Positions 29,604-36,802 of a stretch of 44,496 nt of DNA are shown here, piece by piece. The DNA is from Cyanobacteria bacterium UBA947 (lineage in GTDB: Bacteria > Cyanobacteriota > Vampirovibrionia > Gastranaerophilales > Gastranaerophilaceae). Made by a program: the position numbers and the translations under genes. The notes under the pieces were generated by a model. The model was not told where the DNA came from. It was given only the letters and a program-made list of their open reading frames with translations, and ran no database searches. Numbering within the stretch: the stretch's first letter is position 1; every line of letters starts with the position of its first letter. The stretch is from NCBI GenBank assembly GCA_002293275.1, contig DBCX01000037.1, positions 5,704 through 50,199 of the forward strand. The letters are read 5' to 3'.

Positions 29604-29909
29604 TCAGACTATACAACTGTTCAAATAATCTATCATATGCAATTTTTCTTCATAAAGATATTTAATAAAGTGCAGGTATGATTCATCAAACGAGGTGACC
29701 GTAAGGTTTATCTCAAACCCGTCGGTGCAGAAGGGCTCGTAATCGTATACCACATAGCTGTTGTACTTGCTTTTCCATTCTTTGCGTTCAATGCGCGCGT
29801 TATTTTCGTCAACTATGTTTTCAAGCCAATCCATAATATCTTTATTAACGTTTTTCATTTCCATGCGGCTGTATCTGCCGCAATCAGGACAATCGTTTCC
29901 TAATAACAT
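29604..29909 (-). CDS. Hypothetical protein (101 aa, N-terminal CPDC knuckle)
   Basis: AT-rich ORF with no recognised domain. Confidence 0.5.
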   Translation of the reverse strand: MLLGNDCPDCGRYSRMEMKNVNKDIMDWLENIVDENNARIERKEWKSKYNSYVVYDYEPFCTDGFEINLTVTSFDESYLHFIKYLYEEKLHMIDYLNSCIV

Positions 29910-30000
29910 TTTTCCCCCTTGTTTATTATTGTACGCAAGTTAAGACTGAAAAAAATTACACTTAAAGGTAATTCTTCGGGCTATTTAGCTGTGGGCAGCC

Positions 30001-30315
30001 TTATCCTGCGGGGAACGGGCATCCGTTACGTTTGACATCATCGTGGTGGGTTTCTTCTTGTTCCCAGTCCAATTTGTCGTATTTTTCCTGATTTTTGTCG
30101 TGGTAAAGTTTTGAGGTTCTGCGTTCAACGTTGTCAATATCGCGGTTCAGTGATTTAATAAGCTTACGCAGCCAGGTTTGCGAGTTGTCGCGCTCTTTGT
30201 TGTCATCAAGTTCTTCGCGTTCAAAAGCGCCTTCTTTCACAGCTGCTATTATCGCGGCGGCTGTAACGCCGACCAGTGCGGCCGCAGCCAAAATTATCGT
30301 TGCAGTTTTATTCAT
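30001..30315 (-). CDS. Small membrane-anchored hypothetical protein
   Basis: N-terminal TM helix (TATIILAAAALVGVTAAAIIAAV) followed by a charged helical tail. Confidence 0.55.
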   Translation of the reverse strand: MNKTATIILAAAALVGVTAAAIIAAVKEGAFEREELDDNKERDNSQTWLRKLIKSLNRDIDNVERRTSKLYHDKNQEKYDKLDWEQEETHHDDVKRNGCPFPAG

Positions 30316-30331
30316 ATTTCACTTCCTTTTC

Positions 30332-30355
30332 GTTAAATTACATGCTTAATTTAAC
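30332..30355. promoter_or_regulatory. 9-bp inverted repeat (operator or terminator candidate)
   Basis: GTTAAATTA-catgct-TAATTTAAC, between the Xre gene stop (30416) and the start of the 104-aa gene (30315). Confidence 0.3.
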
Positions 30356-30415
30356 AAATTTTACGTGAAAAATCATTCCCGAAAAGTAGGGGGTTTGGAT
30401 TTTTGCTACCTCTTA

Positions 30416-30631
30416 TTAAAACCCTTTAAATAATTCATTAATATCAATTTCAAGCGTTTTTGCAATATCATAGACGATAAAAACAGACGGAGTTTGGTGA
30501 CCATTTTCAATCACACTCATTGTACGGATTGCAATGTCAGCTTTCTCACTCAAAACCTCCTGAGTCAGACCTTTACGGTGTCGTTCCGCTCTGATATTAG
30601 CTGCCAGTTTTGATAATCTTTTATCTCTCAT
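30416..30631 (-). CDS. Xre-family HTH transcriptional regulator (71 aa)
   Basis: Classic HTH_3 sequence: IRAERHRKGLTQEVLSEKADIAIRTMSVIENGHQTPSVFIVYDIAKTLEIDINELF. Confidence 0.8.
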   Translation of the reverse strand: MRDKRLSKLAANIRAERHRKGLTQEVLSEKADIAIRTMSVIENGHQTPSVFIVYDIAKTLEIDINELFKGF

Positions 30632-30651
30632 AATAAATTAATTTTAACCTA

Positions 30652-30680
30652 TTGACAAATTTAATATAATAATCTATTAT
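30652..30680 (+). promoter_or_regulatory. Sigma-70-type promoter for the second LuxR-like gene
   Basis: TTGACA (30652-30657), a 17-nt spacer, then TATTAT (30675-30680). It shares the CTATTGACAA context with the promoter at 24771-24780. Confidence 0.45.
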
Positions 30681-30731
30681 GATAACCACATGAGCAATTC
30701 ATTATTAGACAAGAAAGAAAGGTCAAATTTT

Positions 30732-30938
30732 ATGAGCACAGTAAAAATAACATCCCAAGAAAAAGAATTAATGCTGATGATCTGCTTTGACTTTACAGAC
30801 GAAGAAATCTGCAACGGATTGAGGGTTACAGCAAAGCGGCTTTGCGAAATTAAAGAAAGCTGCAAAACAAAACTCCGCGCAAAGACCATAACCCAAGCCG
30901 TTAAAACAGCGCTGAACAAAGGGTTGCTAATAATATAA
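30732..30938 (+). CDS. Stand-alone LuxR/GerE-type HTH protein (68 aa)
   Basis: The ATG at 30732 (MSTVKITSQEKELM...) follows GAAAGG and is preferred over 30690. Alignable with the 24838 protein (LT..EK...GFT..EI...KL.A...A...GL). Confidence 0.65.
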   Translation: MSTVKITSQEKELMLMICFDFTDEEICNGLRVTAKRLCEIKESCKTKLRAKTITQAVKTALNKGLLII

Positions 30939-30941
30939 TAA

Positions 30942-31029
30942 GGTTTTTGGTCAAGTATTGCTTCGGAGCACCTTCGGGAGCGACGGAGGAGCGGTGCAGG
31001 TGTGACGGAGTAATGCTTGGACAAAAACC
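30942..31029. other. 88-nt long-stem structured element (unusual terminator, ncRNA or MITE-like)
   Basis: GGTTTTTGGTCAAGTATTGC pairs with GTAATGCTTGGACAAAAACC (about 19 bp with 2 bulges). The stem encloses a 48-nt G-rich core holding two CTTCGG motifs, a GCACC/GGTGC helix and a GACGGAG direct repeat. Confidence 0.4.
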
Positions 31030-31036
31030 GGGCAAA

Positions 31037-32059
31037 CTACCCAGCGGCAAGCTTTTCGCGCACGAGTTTTTCAACCTGCGCAAGCACATCAGGGTTTTCT
31101 GTCAGGTAATCACGCGCCTTGTCACGCCCCTGCCCGAGCTTTTCATCGTTAAAACTGAACCACGAACCCGCCTTGTTTACAATATCCAAATTCACCGCAA
31201 CGTCAAGTATATTACCGATTTTGCAAATACCCTTGCCGAACATTATATCAAATTCCGCGGTTCTAAACGGCGGCGCAACCTTGTTTTTCAAAACCCGAAC
31301 GCGAACGTGGTTACCGATGTCCTCACCGTCGCCTTTGACACCTTCGGTGCGGCGGATGTCCAACCGAACGCTTGCGTAGTATTTAAGCGCGTTCCCGCCG
31401 GTCGTTGTTTCAGGGTTGCCGTACATAACGCCGATTTTCATCCGCAACTGGTTGATAAATATAACAGTCGTGTTGGTTTTGCCGATAACACCGGTCAGTT
31501 TCCGCAGCGCCTTGCTCATAAGCCGCGCGTGCAAGCCCATCTGCTGATCTTCCATTGAGCCGTCAATCTCGGCTTTTGGCACAAGCGCCGCAACAGAGTC
31601 AACAACCACAAGGTCAACCGCGCCGGAGCGCACAAGTTCTTCCGTTATATCAACGGCCTGCTCGCCCGTGTCAGGCTGCGAAATGAGCAGCTCGTCAATA
31701 TTGACGCCCAAATTCTTTGCATACTCGGGGTCAAGCGCGTGCTCTGCGTCCACAAACGCACAAATCCCGCAGGTCTTTTGGCATTCGGCAACAATGTGCT
31801 GCGCAAGTGTCGTTTTACCGGAGGCCTCCGGCCCGTAAATCTCAATAATCCGGCCGCGCGGCACCCCGCCAATCCCCAGCGCCACATCCAGCGCCAACGA
31901 TCCTGTTGGTATTGCATCAACATTCATCGCGGTCTTGTCGCCAAGCTTCATAATCGAACCTTTGCCGAAATCTTTTTCTATTTTTTCAATCGCAAGTTTT
32001 AGTGCCTTGCTTCTATCGTCCGTGTTTACAGGCACTTCTGCTACTTTTTCCTTAACCAT
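31037..32059 (-). CDS. recA: Recombinase RecA
   Basis: 340 aa with Walker [10 protein letters not shown] and typical RecA sequence throughout. Confidence 0.98.
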   Translation of the reverse strand: MVKEKVAEVPVNTDDRSKALKLAIEKIEKDFGKGSIMKLGDKTAMNVDAIPTGSLALDVALGIGGVPRGRIIEIYGPEASGKTTLAQHIVAECQKTCGICAFVDAEHALDPEYAKNLGVNIDELLISQPDTGEQAVDITEELVRSGAVDLVVVDSVAALVPKAEIDGSMEDQQMGLHARLMSKALRKLTGVIGKTNTTVIFINQLRMKIGVMYGNPETTTGGNALKYYASVRLDIRRTEGVKGDGEDIGNHVRVRVLKNKVAPPFRTAEFDIMFGKGICKIGNILDVAVNLDIVNKAGSWFSFNDEKLGQGRDKARDYLTENPDVLAQVEKLVREKLAAG

Positions 32060-32062
32060 AAA

Positions 32063-32530
32063 TTACTCCCAGTTGTATTTCTCTTTCTTCTTATAAAACC
32101 CCATTGCTACGGGCTTGTAGCTGCTCAAATCGTTTTTCAGCTCGTAAATCTCTTTGTTGAGGTTAACAATTTTCTGCCTTAGCGACTCGTTATCAGTTTT
32201 GCAGCGGATAAGCTCAACGACAACCTCGTCCATACCTTCAAGTTTTTCGTCAATAACCTTTGCAATCCGGTCTGACATGCTGGTTTCCATCTCTTTGAGC
32301 GAGTTGAGGATACTGACCATAACGGTTTGTTTTTGCGCCGGATAGGCTGTAACAGCGGTTGTTTTCTGCACGCGGCGAAGATTTTTTACCTCATCGTATG
32401 AAAAATACGTCTGACCGCTCTCGTTTTTTCGCGGAGCAATAGCTGCCTTGCGGCACAGCTCAACGATTTCTCTGTTATCCGCGTTCAAAATCTTTCTCAC
32501 TTCTTGCGGTGTTAAAATCTTCTCACTCAT
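32063..32530 (-). CDS. HTH (MerR/excisionase-like) plus coiled-coil protein, co-transcribed with recA
   Basis: The ATG at 32530 (MSEKILTPQEVRKIL...) is preferred. The N-terminal HTH-like segment is followed by a heptad-rich C-terminal half. Its stop lies 3 nt before the recA start. Confidence 0.7.
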   Translation of the reverse strand: MSEKILTPQEVRKILNADNREIVELCRKAAIAPRKNESGQTYFSYDEVKNLRRVQKTTAVTAYPAQKQTVMVSILNSLKEMETSMSDRIAKVIDEKLEGMDEVVVELIRCKTDNESLRQKIVNLNKEIYELKNDLSSYKPVAMGFYKKKEKYNWE

Positions 32531-32596
32531 TGCAATTCCTTTGACATACACTTACCACACAATATCATCTTACTTTACATCTGTCCAAAAGACAAT

Positions 32597-32617
32597 CTTG
32601 TAACAAAATGTTACAGG
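32597..32617. promoter_or_regulatory. Palindrome/hairpin between rpmB and the recA operon
   Basis: TGTAACA-AAA-TGTTACA is a perfect 7-3-7 repeat, extendable to 9 bp in RNA. It lies 8 nt after the rpmB stop and just upstream of promoter-like hexamers for the HTH-recA unit. Confidence 0.4.
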
Positions 32618-32624
32618 CAAAAAG

Positions 32625-32825
32625 TTATTTTTTTGCCGATGCTTTTTTCACCTTGCCGGCGCGGATGCACGATGTGCAGACACTAATGGTCTTAACCGTA
32701 CCGTTAACGTCAGCTTTGACGCTTTGCAGGTTTGGGGATTGGCGCTTAACGATTTGTTTGTGCGAGAAGGTCAGACTCGCTGCCTTAATCGGTTTTTTAC
32801 CGCATATTTCACATTGTTTTCCCAT
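32625..32825 (-). CDS. rpmB: 50S ribosomal protein L28
   Basis: MGKQCEICGKKPIKAASLTFSHKQIVKRQSPNLQSVK... The ATG at 32825 is preferred over the track start at 32861. Confidence 0.9.
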   Translation of the reverse strand: MGKQCEICGKKPIKAASLTFSHKQIVKRQSPNLQSVKADVNGTVKTISVCTSCIRAGKVKKASAKK

Positions 32826-32984
32826 AGCTATTTTCCTTTCGCTAAGATTATGATATTTCAAAAATAAAAAATTAGCAATAGGGATTTTTTTGTAAAGATT
32901 TGTAAATTGACTGGCAAAATAGTTTATTTAGATGATTTAAAGCATGGTAACACGAGCTACAATGAATCACGAGAGGTTAGTATC

Positions 32985-33428
32985 ATGGTAGATAACAGGT
33001 CAGCCGGATTTTTCGGAGTAGGCGGCGCTTTTAATTTCAAAAGCGGCAACATATCCGGTACTGCGGCTAATCTGAGTGATGACAAAATGGGTCAAGGCGG
33101 TGAGTATGCCAACCTTCGCGGCGAGCAAGAGGAAGAAAAAACCCACAGCTATCCGTATATGGACAGGAGCGCGGTTTTGCGCGCGACGCTAAACTCGCTT
33201 GCGATGATGAATGTAGCCGATGTTATAAACAACAAGCGCCCCGGCGTTGACGCAAGCCGGCCGGCCGAGGAAACACAGCGCGTTGAGGCGATTAGGGAAG
33301 AATTACAGCGCCGGCACAAGCAGGACGAGCAAGACGGGCAGACCGAACACAACGAATACACCGAAACCCACGACACCGAAGACACCGCAGACGATGAAGA
33401 TTTTGATTTTGCAGGGGAGTTAGATTAG
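32985..33428 (+). CDS. Hypothetical protein with a highly acidic C-terminal tail
   Basis: The ATG at 32985 follows a GAGAGG Shine-Dalgarno. Gly-rich N-terminus and a D/E/T/H-rich C-terminus (TETHDTEDTADDEDFDFAGELD). Confidence 0.55.
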   Translation: MVDNRSAGFFGVGGAFNFKSGNISGTAANLSDDKMGQGGEYANLRGEQEEEKTHSYPYMDRSAVLRATLNSLAMMNVADVINNKRPGVDASRPAEETQRVEAIREELQRRHKQDEQDGQTEHNEYTETHDTEDTADDEDFDFAGELD

Positions 33429-33793
33429 TAGTACAAAGCGCTCATGTAGGTCATGCCGGAATTTGTGGCGACTCTGTGTTCTATGTCTTCAATTTCTTCT
33501 GCCATCCCGTAAAACGTCCGGCCTACACTGTCGGCGCTTTCAACAGCGTCTACAAAGTTAAGATACTTAACCTCATTGCCTTCTTTATCTGCGAGTACCA
33601 GCCTTTGGCCGTGATATCCGGGCAGCACCTCTGTTTTGTCCACAAGGTCTAAAAACGTGCAATTTTTTACTGTCTCAAAAGAATTCTTTGACACTTTTGA
33701 CATGTCGTAAACCCCGGCGTCAAGTTTTGCCTGCGCTTTTTCCGAAATCCCGCGAAAACTTGTGTTGTACGCACCTATACTTGCTATTTTCAT
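33425..33793 (-). CDS. Hypothetical 122-aa protein carrying the N-terminal MKI..I...SFRG tag
   Basis: AAGGAAAAA Shine-Dalgarno. N-terminus MKIASIGAYNTSFRGISEKA. No recognised domain. Confidence 0.6.
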   Translation of the reverse strand: MKIASIGAYNTSFRGISEKAQAKLDAGVYDMSKVSKNSFETVKNCTFLDLVDKTEVLPGYHGQRLVLADKEGNEVKYLNFVDAVESADSVGRTFYGMAEEIEDIEHRVATNSGMTYMSALYY

Positions 33794-33883
33794 ACATTTT
33801 TCCTTTTTCTTAAAACCTAAAATTTTGCTGTATTCAATATAATGTTCGTAAAAATAAAATTTGCTAGCCGGACAAAATTATTG

Positions 33884-34054
33884 TTAAACTTCGTGAGATT
33901 TGTTTTCCGCCGGTTCTGCGGTTACAACCCAGTCAAGTTTTTCCAGCAGGACGGTCAGGTGCTTTGTCTGTTTTTTGGTTTGTTTTATCAGGTTTCTAAC
34001 CATCTCGCGGGCGTTACTCAGGTCTTTATTCAGCGCATCTGTCAAGTCGTACAT
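33884..34054 (-). CDS. Small hypothetical protein (56 aa, absent from the ORF track)
   Basis: MYDLTDALNKDLSNAREMVRNLIKQTKKQTKHLTVLLEKLDWVVTAEPAENKSHEV, preceded by a strong AAGGAGA Shine-Dalgarno. Divergent from the Xre gene at 34122. Confidence 0.4.
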   Translation of the reverse strand: MYDLTDALNKDLSNAREMVRNLIKQTKKQTKHLTVLLEKLDWVVTAEPAENKSHEV

Positions 34055-34121
34055 TTTTTAATCTCCTTACCATCCCGGTTTGGGAGTACTCCTAATCCGG
34101 CATACCATGTAAAATTAAACT

Positions 34122-34343
34122 ATGTCAAGCGCAGAAGAACAAATATACAAATTAATAGGCCAAAATATTCGCAAATACCGGATGGCAAAAGGGATTACAC
34201 AGGAAAAGTTGAGTGAAGTGATTGAGGTGAGCGATAAATTAATCGGACATATTGAGCGTTTTGAAAAGAATGTCAGCCTGAGAAAATTGATTAAAATTTC
34301 CCGTGCGCTTGACATTCAGTTAAAAGATTTGTTTGACTTTTAA
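34122..34343 (+). CDS. Xre-family HTH transcriptional regulator (73 aa)
   Basis: HTH_3 sequence: IGQNIRKYRMAKGITQEKLSEVIEVSDKLIGHIERFEKNVSLRKLIKISRALDIQLKDLF. Confidence 0.8.
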   Translation: MSSAEEQIYKLIGQNIRKYRMAKGITQEKLSEVIEVSDKLIGHIERFEKNVSLRKLIKISRALDIQLKDLFDF

Positions 34344-35191
34344 ACTTCGCGCGTCTTTTGCCAGACTATCGGCATGTCTTGCCCTTCTTTTAGCACAGGA
34401 CTAAAACCGTTGTCCTCCAACGCTTGGCTGATGAACAGTCCGGGACCCACATACTTGTCTGTATCTAAACGTCCGAGAACAAACAATCCGCCGGGTTTCA
34501 GCGCATAGTTAATGTTTTTACAAATATTGTCAAAAACCGCCATGGTCTTTTCTTTCTGCGGCATTGACAAATTAATCAACCCCGGAAGCAGATGATACAG
34601 GGCGTTTCTAAATGTCAACACGTCATAAGCGCCTTTTTCCACAGCCGGTTTTAGGTTAGTAATGTCCGCCTGAAAAAATTTAATCAAATCCTTTTTTTCC
34701 TCTTTAACCTTAAAAGTTTTGAAAAGTGTATTTACGCCGGTTTGTTTAAAATATTCTTTAAACATTTTCTTTTGAGTTTTTTGGTCCGGACTGTTCATCA
34801 GTCCGAATCCCAAATGCTTGTCGGCTTCTACCAGCGCGTGCGGATACGCACGATAAATCTCATACCTGCCGTAGTTTGCTTTCGCAACGGCTGCCCTTCC
34901 GATATCAAAGCCTTCAATCTGCGCCTTGTCACCGAGCATCATTTGCAGCGTCCACGCCTCCTCACCGGTTGAGCAGGCGCCAACCAGAATTTTGATTTTA
35001 TCTTTGTCTGCAAAATGTTTCCCGATAAACTGCAAACCCTCAACATCTCTGAAAAAATACGTTATTTGGGTAAGTTCTTTATTTTGTGTCGGCGCAAAAT
35101 TGCCGCTTTTGAGCTTTTCCTCGCTCCAATTCCCGCGAAAGGCGGGCTGTTTAGGGATAAATGCGGTTTGGCCGATTGCTGAAATTCTCAT
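34340..35191 (-). CDS. CheR-type SAM-dependent methyltransferase with N-terminal tag (paralog 1)
   Basis: CheR signatures TYFFRDVEGLQF, ILVGACSTGEEAWTL and YDVLTFRNALYHL. N-terminus MRISAIGQTAFIPKQPAFRGN. Confidence 0.8.
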   Translation of the reverse strand: MRISAIGQTAFIPKQPAFRGNWSEEKLKSGNFAPTQNKELTQITYFFRDVEGLQFIGKHFADKDKIKILVGACSTGEEAWTLQMMLGDKAQIEGFDIGRAAVAKANYGRYEIYRAYPHALVEADKHLGFGLMNSPDQKTQKKMFKEYFKQTGVNTLFKTFKVKEEKKDLIKFFQADITNLKPAVEKGAYDVLTFRNALYHLLPGLINLSMPQKEKTMAVFDNICKNINYALKPGGLFVLGRLDTDKYVGPGLFISQALEDNGFSPVLKEGQDMPIVWQKTREV

Positions 35192-35243
35192 AACTTTATA
35201 AACCGCGTAAAAAAATAATTTGTCATGTCATTGCGCACAGGGT

Positions 35244-36113
35244 TTAAATATTCATATCCCACTTCTTTTTCCAGACGGTCACTTTGTCATAATCTTGTGT
35301 GAACGCCAGCGCAAAACCGTTGCGTTTCAAAGCTCTGTAAACCATTTGACCGGATTCATTATCGTGGTCATGGCTTAATTCGCCGAGCACAAACAACCCG
35401 CCGGGTTTGAGCGCATAGTTGATGTTTTTACAAGCGTTATCCAAAACCAAAGCGACCTGCGGCGGCCGTGACACCCTCCCGCCAATAGGATGCCCCGAGA
35501 CCAAAAGATACAACGCGTTTCTGAACGTCAGCGCGTCATAAGCACCTTTTTCAACACACGGTTTCAAGTTAGTAATATCTGCCCGAAAAAACTTAATCAA
35601 ATCCTTTTTGTCCTCTTTCACCTTAAAAGTTGCGACCTCCGGCTTTGTGCGTACTTTTTCAAAATATTCGTTAAACATCGCTCTTTGCGGAGCTTTGTGC
35701 TGGTAAAAAAGTCCCTCATATCCCAGATAAGCGTCTGCATAACCCAAATTGAAATCATGACTTTTTTCCGGGTCTCTGATGTAAATTATCCCGGAATTTG
35801 CCTGATTAACAGCGCTTTTACCAAGATCAAATCCTTCAATCTTGGCCTTGCGGCCGAGCAGCATTTGCAGCGTCCATGCCTCCTCACCTGACGAGCATGC
35901 GCCGACCAAAACCTTTATTTTGTCTTTGTTTGCGAAATGTTTTCCGATAAACTCAAGACTCTCAACATCCCTGAAAAAATGCGTTGTTTGGGTAAGTTTG
36001 CTATTTTGCGTCTTTGCAAGATTATCTTCCGGAATGATTTCATACCCGCAGTTCCCGCGGAAGGCAGGCTGCCTCGGGATAAATGCTGTTTGACAAATTC
36101 CGGCAATTCTCAT
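35244..36113 (-). CDS. CheR-type SAM-dependent methyltransferase with N-terminal tag (paralog 2)
   Basis: THFFRDVESLEF, VLVGACSSGEEAWTL and YDALTFRNALYLL. N-terminus MRIAGICQTAFIPRQPAFRGN. Highly similar to paralog 1. Confidence 0.8.
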   Translation of the reverse strand: MRIAGICQTAFIPRQPAFRGNCGYEIIPEDNLAKTQNSKLTQTTHFFRDVESLEFIGKHFANKDKIKVLVGACSSGEEAWTLQMLLGRKAKIEGFDLGKSAVNQANSGIIYIRDPEKSHDFNLGYADAYLGYEGLFYQHKAPQRAMFNEYFEKVRTKPEVATFKVKEDKKDLIKFFRADITNLKPCVEKGAYDALTFRNALYLLVSGHPIGGRVSRPPQVALVLDNACKNINYALKPGGLFVLGELSHDHDNESGQMVYRALKRNGFALAFTQDYDKVTVWKKKWDMNI

Positions 36114-36211
36114 AATTTTTTATAAAACCCGTAAAAAAAATAATTTGCTCCCAAATTGTTTTTTTGTGCTAAAATATTTTTATAACATATTAGTTGGGAT
36201 TAGGTTATTTT

Positions 36212-36802
36212 ATGTCAGCAAAACAAAAGGTGAATTTAAGGGAGTATAAAGACTTGATTGAAACGATTGCCAAGGTTGAGTTTCAAAAGTTCTCAACCTC
36301 GCACCTGATTGATTTGCCGGAGATGATTAACATCGGCAACCACACGCTGTATGTGCTTTTCAGCAAACGACCGCCGTCAGAGTTTAATATAACCTATCTT
36401 TCAACCGCGATAAAATGGGCGATACGTAACGAGGTTCGCCGCCGCTACAAATGGTACTCGCTTAAAAACAAGTCCGAGGACGACGATGTCCGCACGGAGG
36501 TCTACAAAACAATCCTGTCAATTGACGAGATGCAAGATGCTGAAAATCCTACCCAAATCAAGGACGAGGAGCGGACACCCGATGAGCGCGCGGAAATCGG
36601 CGAGCTTAAAGTTGAAATCGTTAATGCCATGAAAAAGCTCTCCCCGCGTGAAAAAGAGATTATTGAGTGCAAATTTTTTCAGGACAAAAAACTAAAAGAT
36701 ATATCAGAAGAGTTCGGCATCTCGCAATCGCGCATCTCGCGCATAATCCAGTCCGGGCTGGACAAAATTAAAAAAGATTTGAAAAAACAGGGGATAATGT
36801 GA
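36212..36802 (+). CDS. Sigma-70 family alternative sigma factor (group 3/sigma-28-like size)
   Basis: Region 2-like (YLSTAIKWAIRNEVRRRYK) and region 4 HTH (LSPREKEIIECKFFQDKKLKDISEEFGISQSRISRIIQSGLDKIKK). The ATG at 36212 is preferred. A TGcTAAAAT extended -10 lies upstream. Confidence 0.8.
   Translation: MSAKQKVNLREYKDLIETIAKVEFQKFSTSHLIDLPEMINIGNHTLYVLFSKRPPSEFNITYLSTAIKWAIRNEVRRRYKWYSLKNKSEDDDVRTEVYKTILSIDEMQDAENPTQIKDEERTPDERAEIGELKVEIVNAMKKLSPREKEIIECKFFQDKKLKDISEEFGISQSRISRIIQSGLDKIKKDLKKQGIM

Noticed and set aside
30947-31558. 203-aa plus-strand ORF
   Set aside because: Most of it is antisense to recA. Its 5' end merely reads through the structured 88-nt element.
32597-32617. Reading the palindrome as a canonical LexA (CTGT-N8-ACAG), Cheo (GAAC-N4-GTTC) or NtcA (GTA-N8-TAC) box
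   Set aside because: The spacing does not fit any of them. It is GTA-N9-TAC and AAC-N5-GTT. I kept it only as a generic operator or terminator candidate.
33842-34216. 124-aa plus-strand ORF
   Set aside because: The sequence looks like junk and overlaps the start of the clear Xre gene at 34122. The opposite strand carries a 56-aa ORF with a strong AAGGAGA Shine-Dalgarno that explains the region better.
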